A stretch of 64,000 nucleotides of DNA. It comes from Octopus vulgaris (lineage: Eukaryota). Position 1 is the stretch's first letter; the number at the start of each line of letters is the position of its first letter. Under the pieces are notes generated by a model, which did not search any database, was not told where the DNA came from, and worked only from the letters and a program-made list of their open reading frames with translations. A program made the position numbers and the translations under genes. Of this stretch, positions 63,113 through 64,000 are shown piece by piece. The DNA lies in assembly GCA_951406725.2 (NCBI GenBank), contig OX597816.1, positions 2,294,001 through 2,358,000 of the forward strand. Reading direction: 5' to 3'.

Positions 63113-64000
63113 TTAAGATATTCGGTTAACTGTAGATTTAGTTTTGAATATTGACTAAAAAATATTGATAGTAAATATTGTATTGTAATTTATTAAAAGT
63201 TTCAGTTTCCTTTGAACCATTTCCCTGAGGATTGTATTGGTTATTTCCAAAGTAATTCAGTTCACTCAGATACTTCTATGTTCTGCATGAATAATTACCT
63301 TAACCAATACTTCCTCTGAGATTATTCTAATAGTCTAAATTTCTTCAACATCAGGAACAACTGTAGACCAATTCTGCATGTTGGTATCAATTCAAACTTG
63401 ATGTTTCATTTGTTTTTCATATTAGCATAATTTATACAGGTTTACAGCATAATTTCCTTGTCTATGGAAATCACTTCTAAACTCTTTCTTGATCAATATT
63501 TATTCTGACTACATTCAATTAACTTTCTAGATTGTCTTAATTAATTCTCGTTTTCAGTATTTCACTTGGTTTCCGATACCTAAATTTGTACATCTCTTTC
63601 TATATGCTTTGTGCTTTTCAATGAAAGCAACATAGATGGGGGATCTACAAATGGACATCTCGTCGTGATAAATACAAAGTTAGTGATAGACACTATATAT
63701 ACACACACACACACACACACATAGGTTGGTATACATGCATTGGTGTGAGCATTAGCTTAGTAAACATACATTGATGTATTGAACACATACATCTGTGTTT
63801 CATGTGTGTCTGGGTTGACATGCTCTGCATTTGTGTATCAAATGCCTTATTCCTTATTTCTTTGAGTTATTAGAATGAAAGATGAATAGTCATTGAATTG
63901 TAATTTGATTCATACCTTCCTCCCTAATAAGTAAAGTCACTGGACTTAAATGACTATATATGCACACACACACAAATGCACTAACACTCACCCCTACATA

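Overview
AT-rich, microsatellite-laden eukaryotic DNA. It is very probably from an octopus (coleoid cephalopod), inferred from the repeat families and not proven. I can support only one host exon: a 139-nt, AG/GT-bounded, + strand exon at 59592-59730 encoding a WW domain of ARHGAP39 (Vilse/CrGAP). I found neither neighbouring exon by eye, so almost all of the window is probably intron. Nearly all ORFs in the track are microsatellite or transposon artefacts. Retrotransposons: a 5'-truncated RTE LINE with a PHD-type zinc finger inside its RT, more than a dozen copies of its 3' UTR carrying a variable ~60-65 bp tandem array, R4/Dong and CR1 3' ends, and at least four tRNA-type SINE architectures. 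DNA transposons: two mariners (one nested in a SINE microsatellite), a Tigger/pogo relic, two non-autonomous Helitrons and two piggyBac-type MITE families. Less obvious are six Penelope-type hammerhead-ribozyme motifs, including an inverted pair at 48049-48370 and two on the host pre-mRNA strand. I see no clearly new multi-gene system. The best leads are the hammerheads, the PHD-containing RTE and its structured 3' UTR, and SINE tail swapping at an internal microsatellite. All coordinates and alignments were done by eye.
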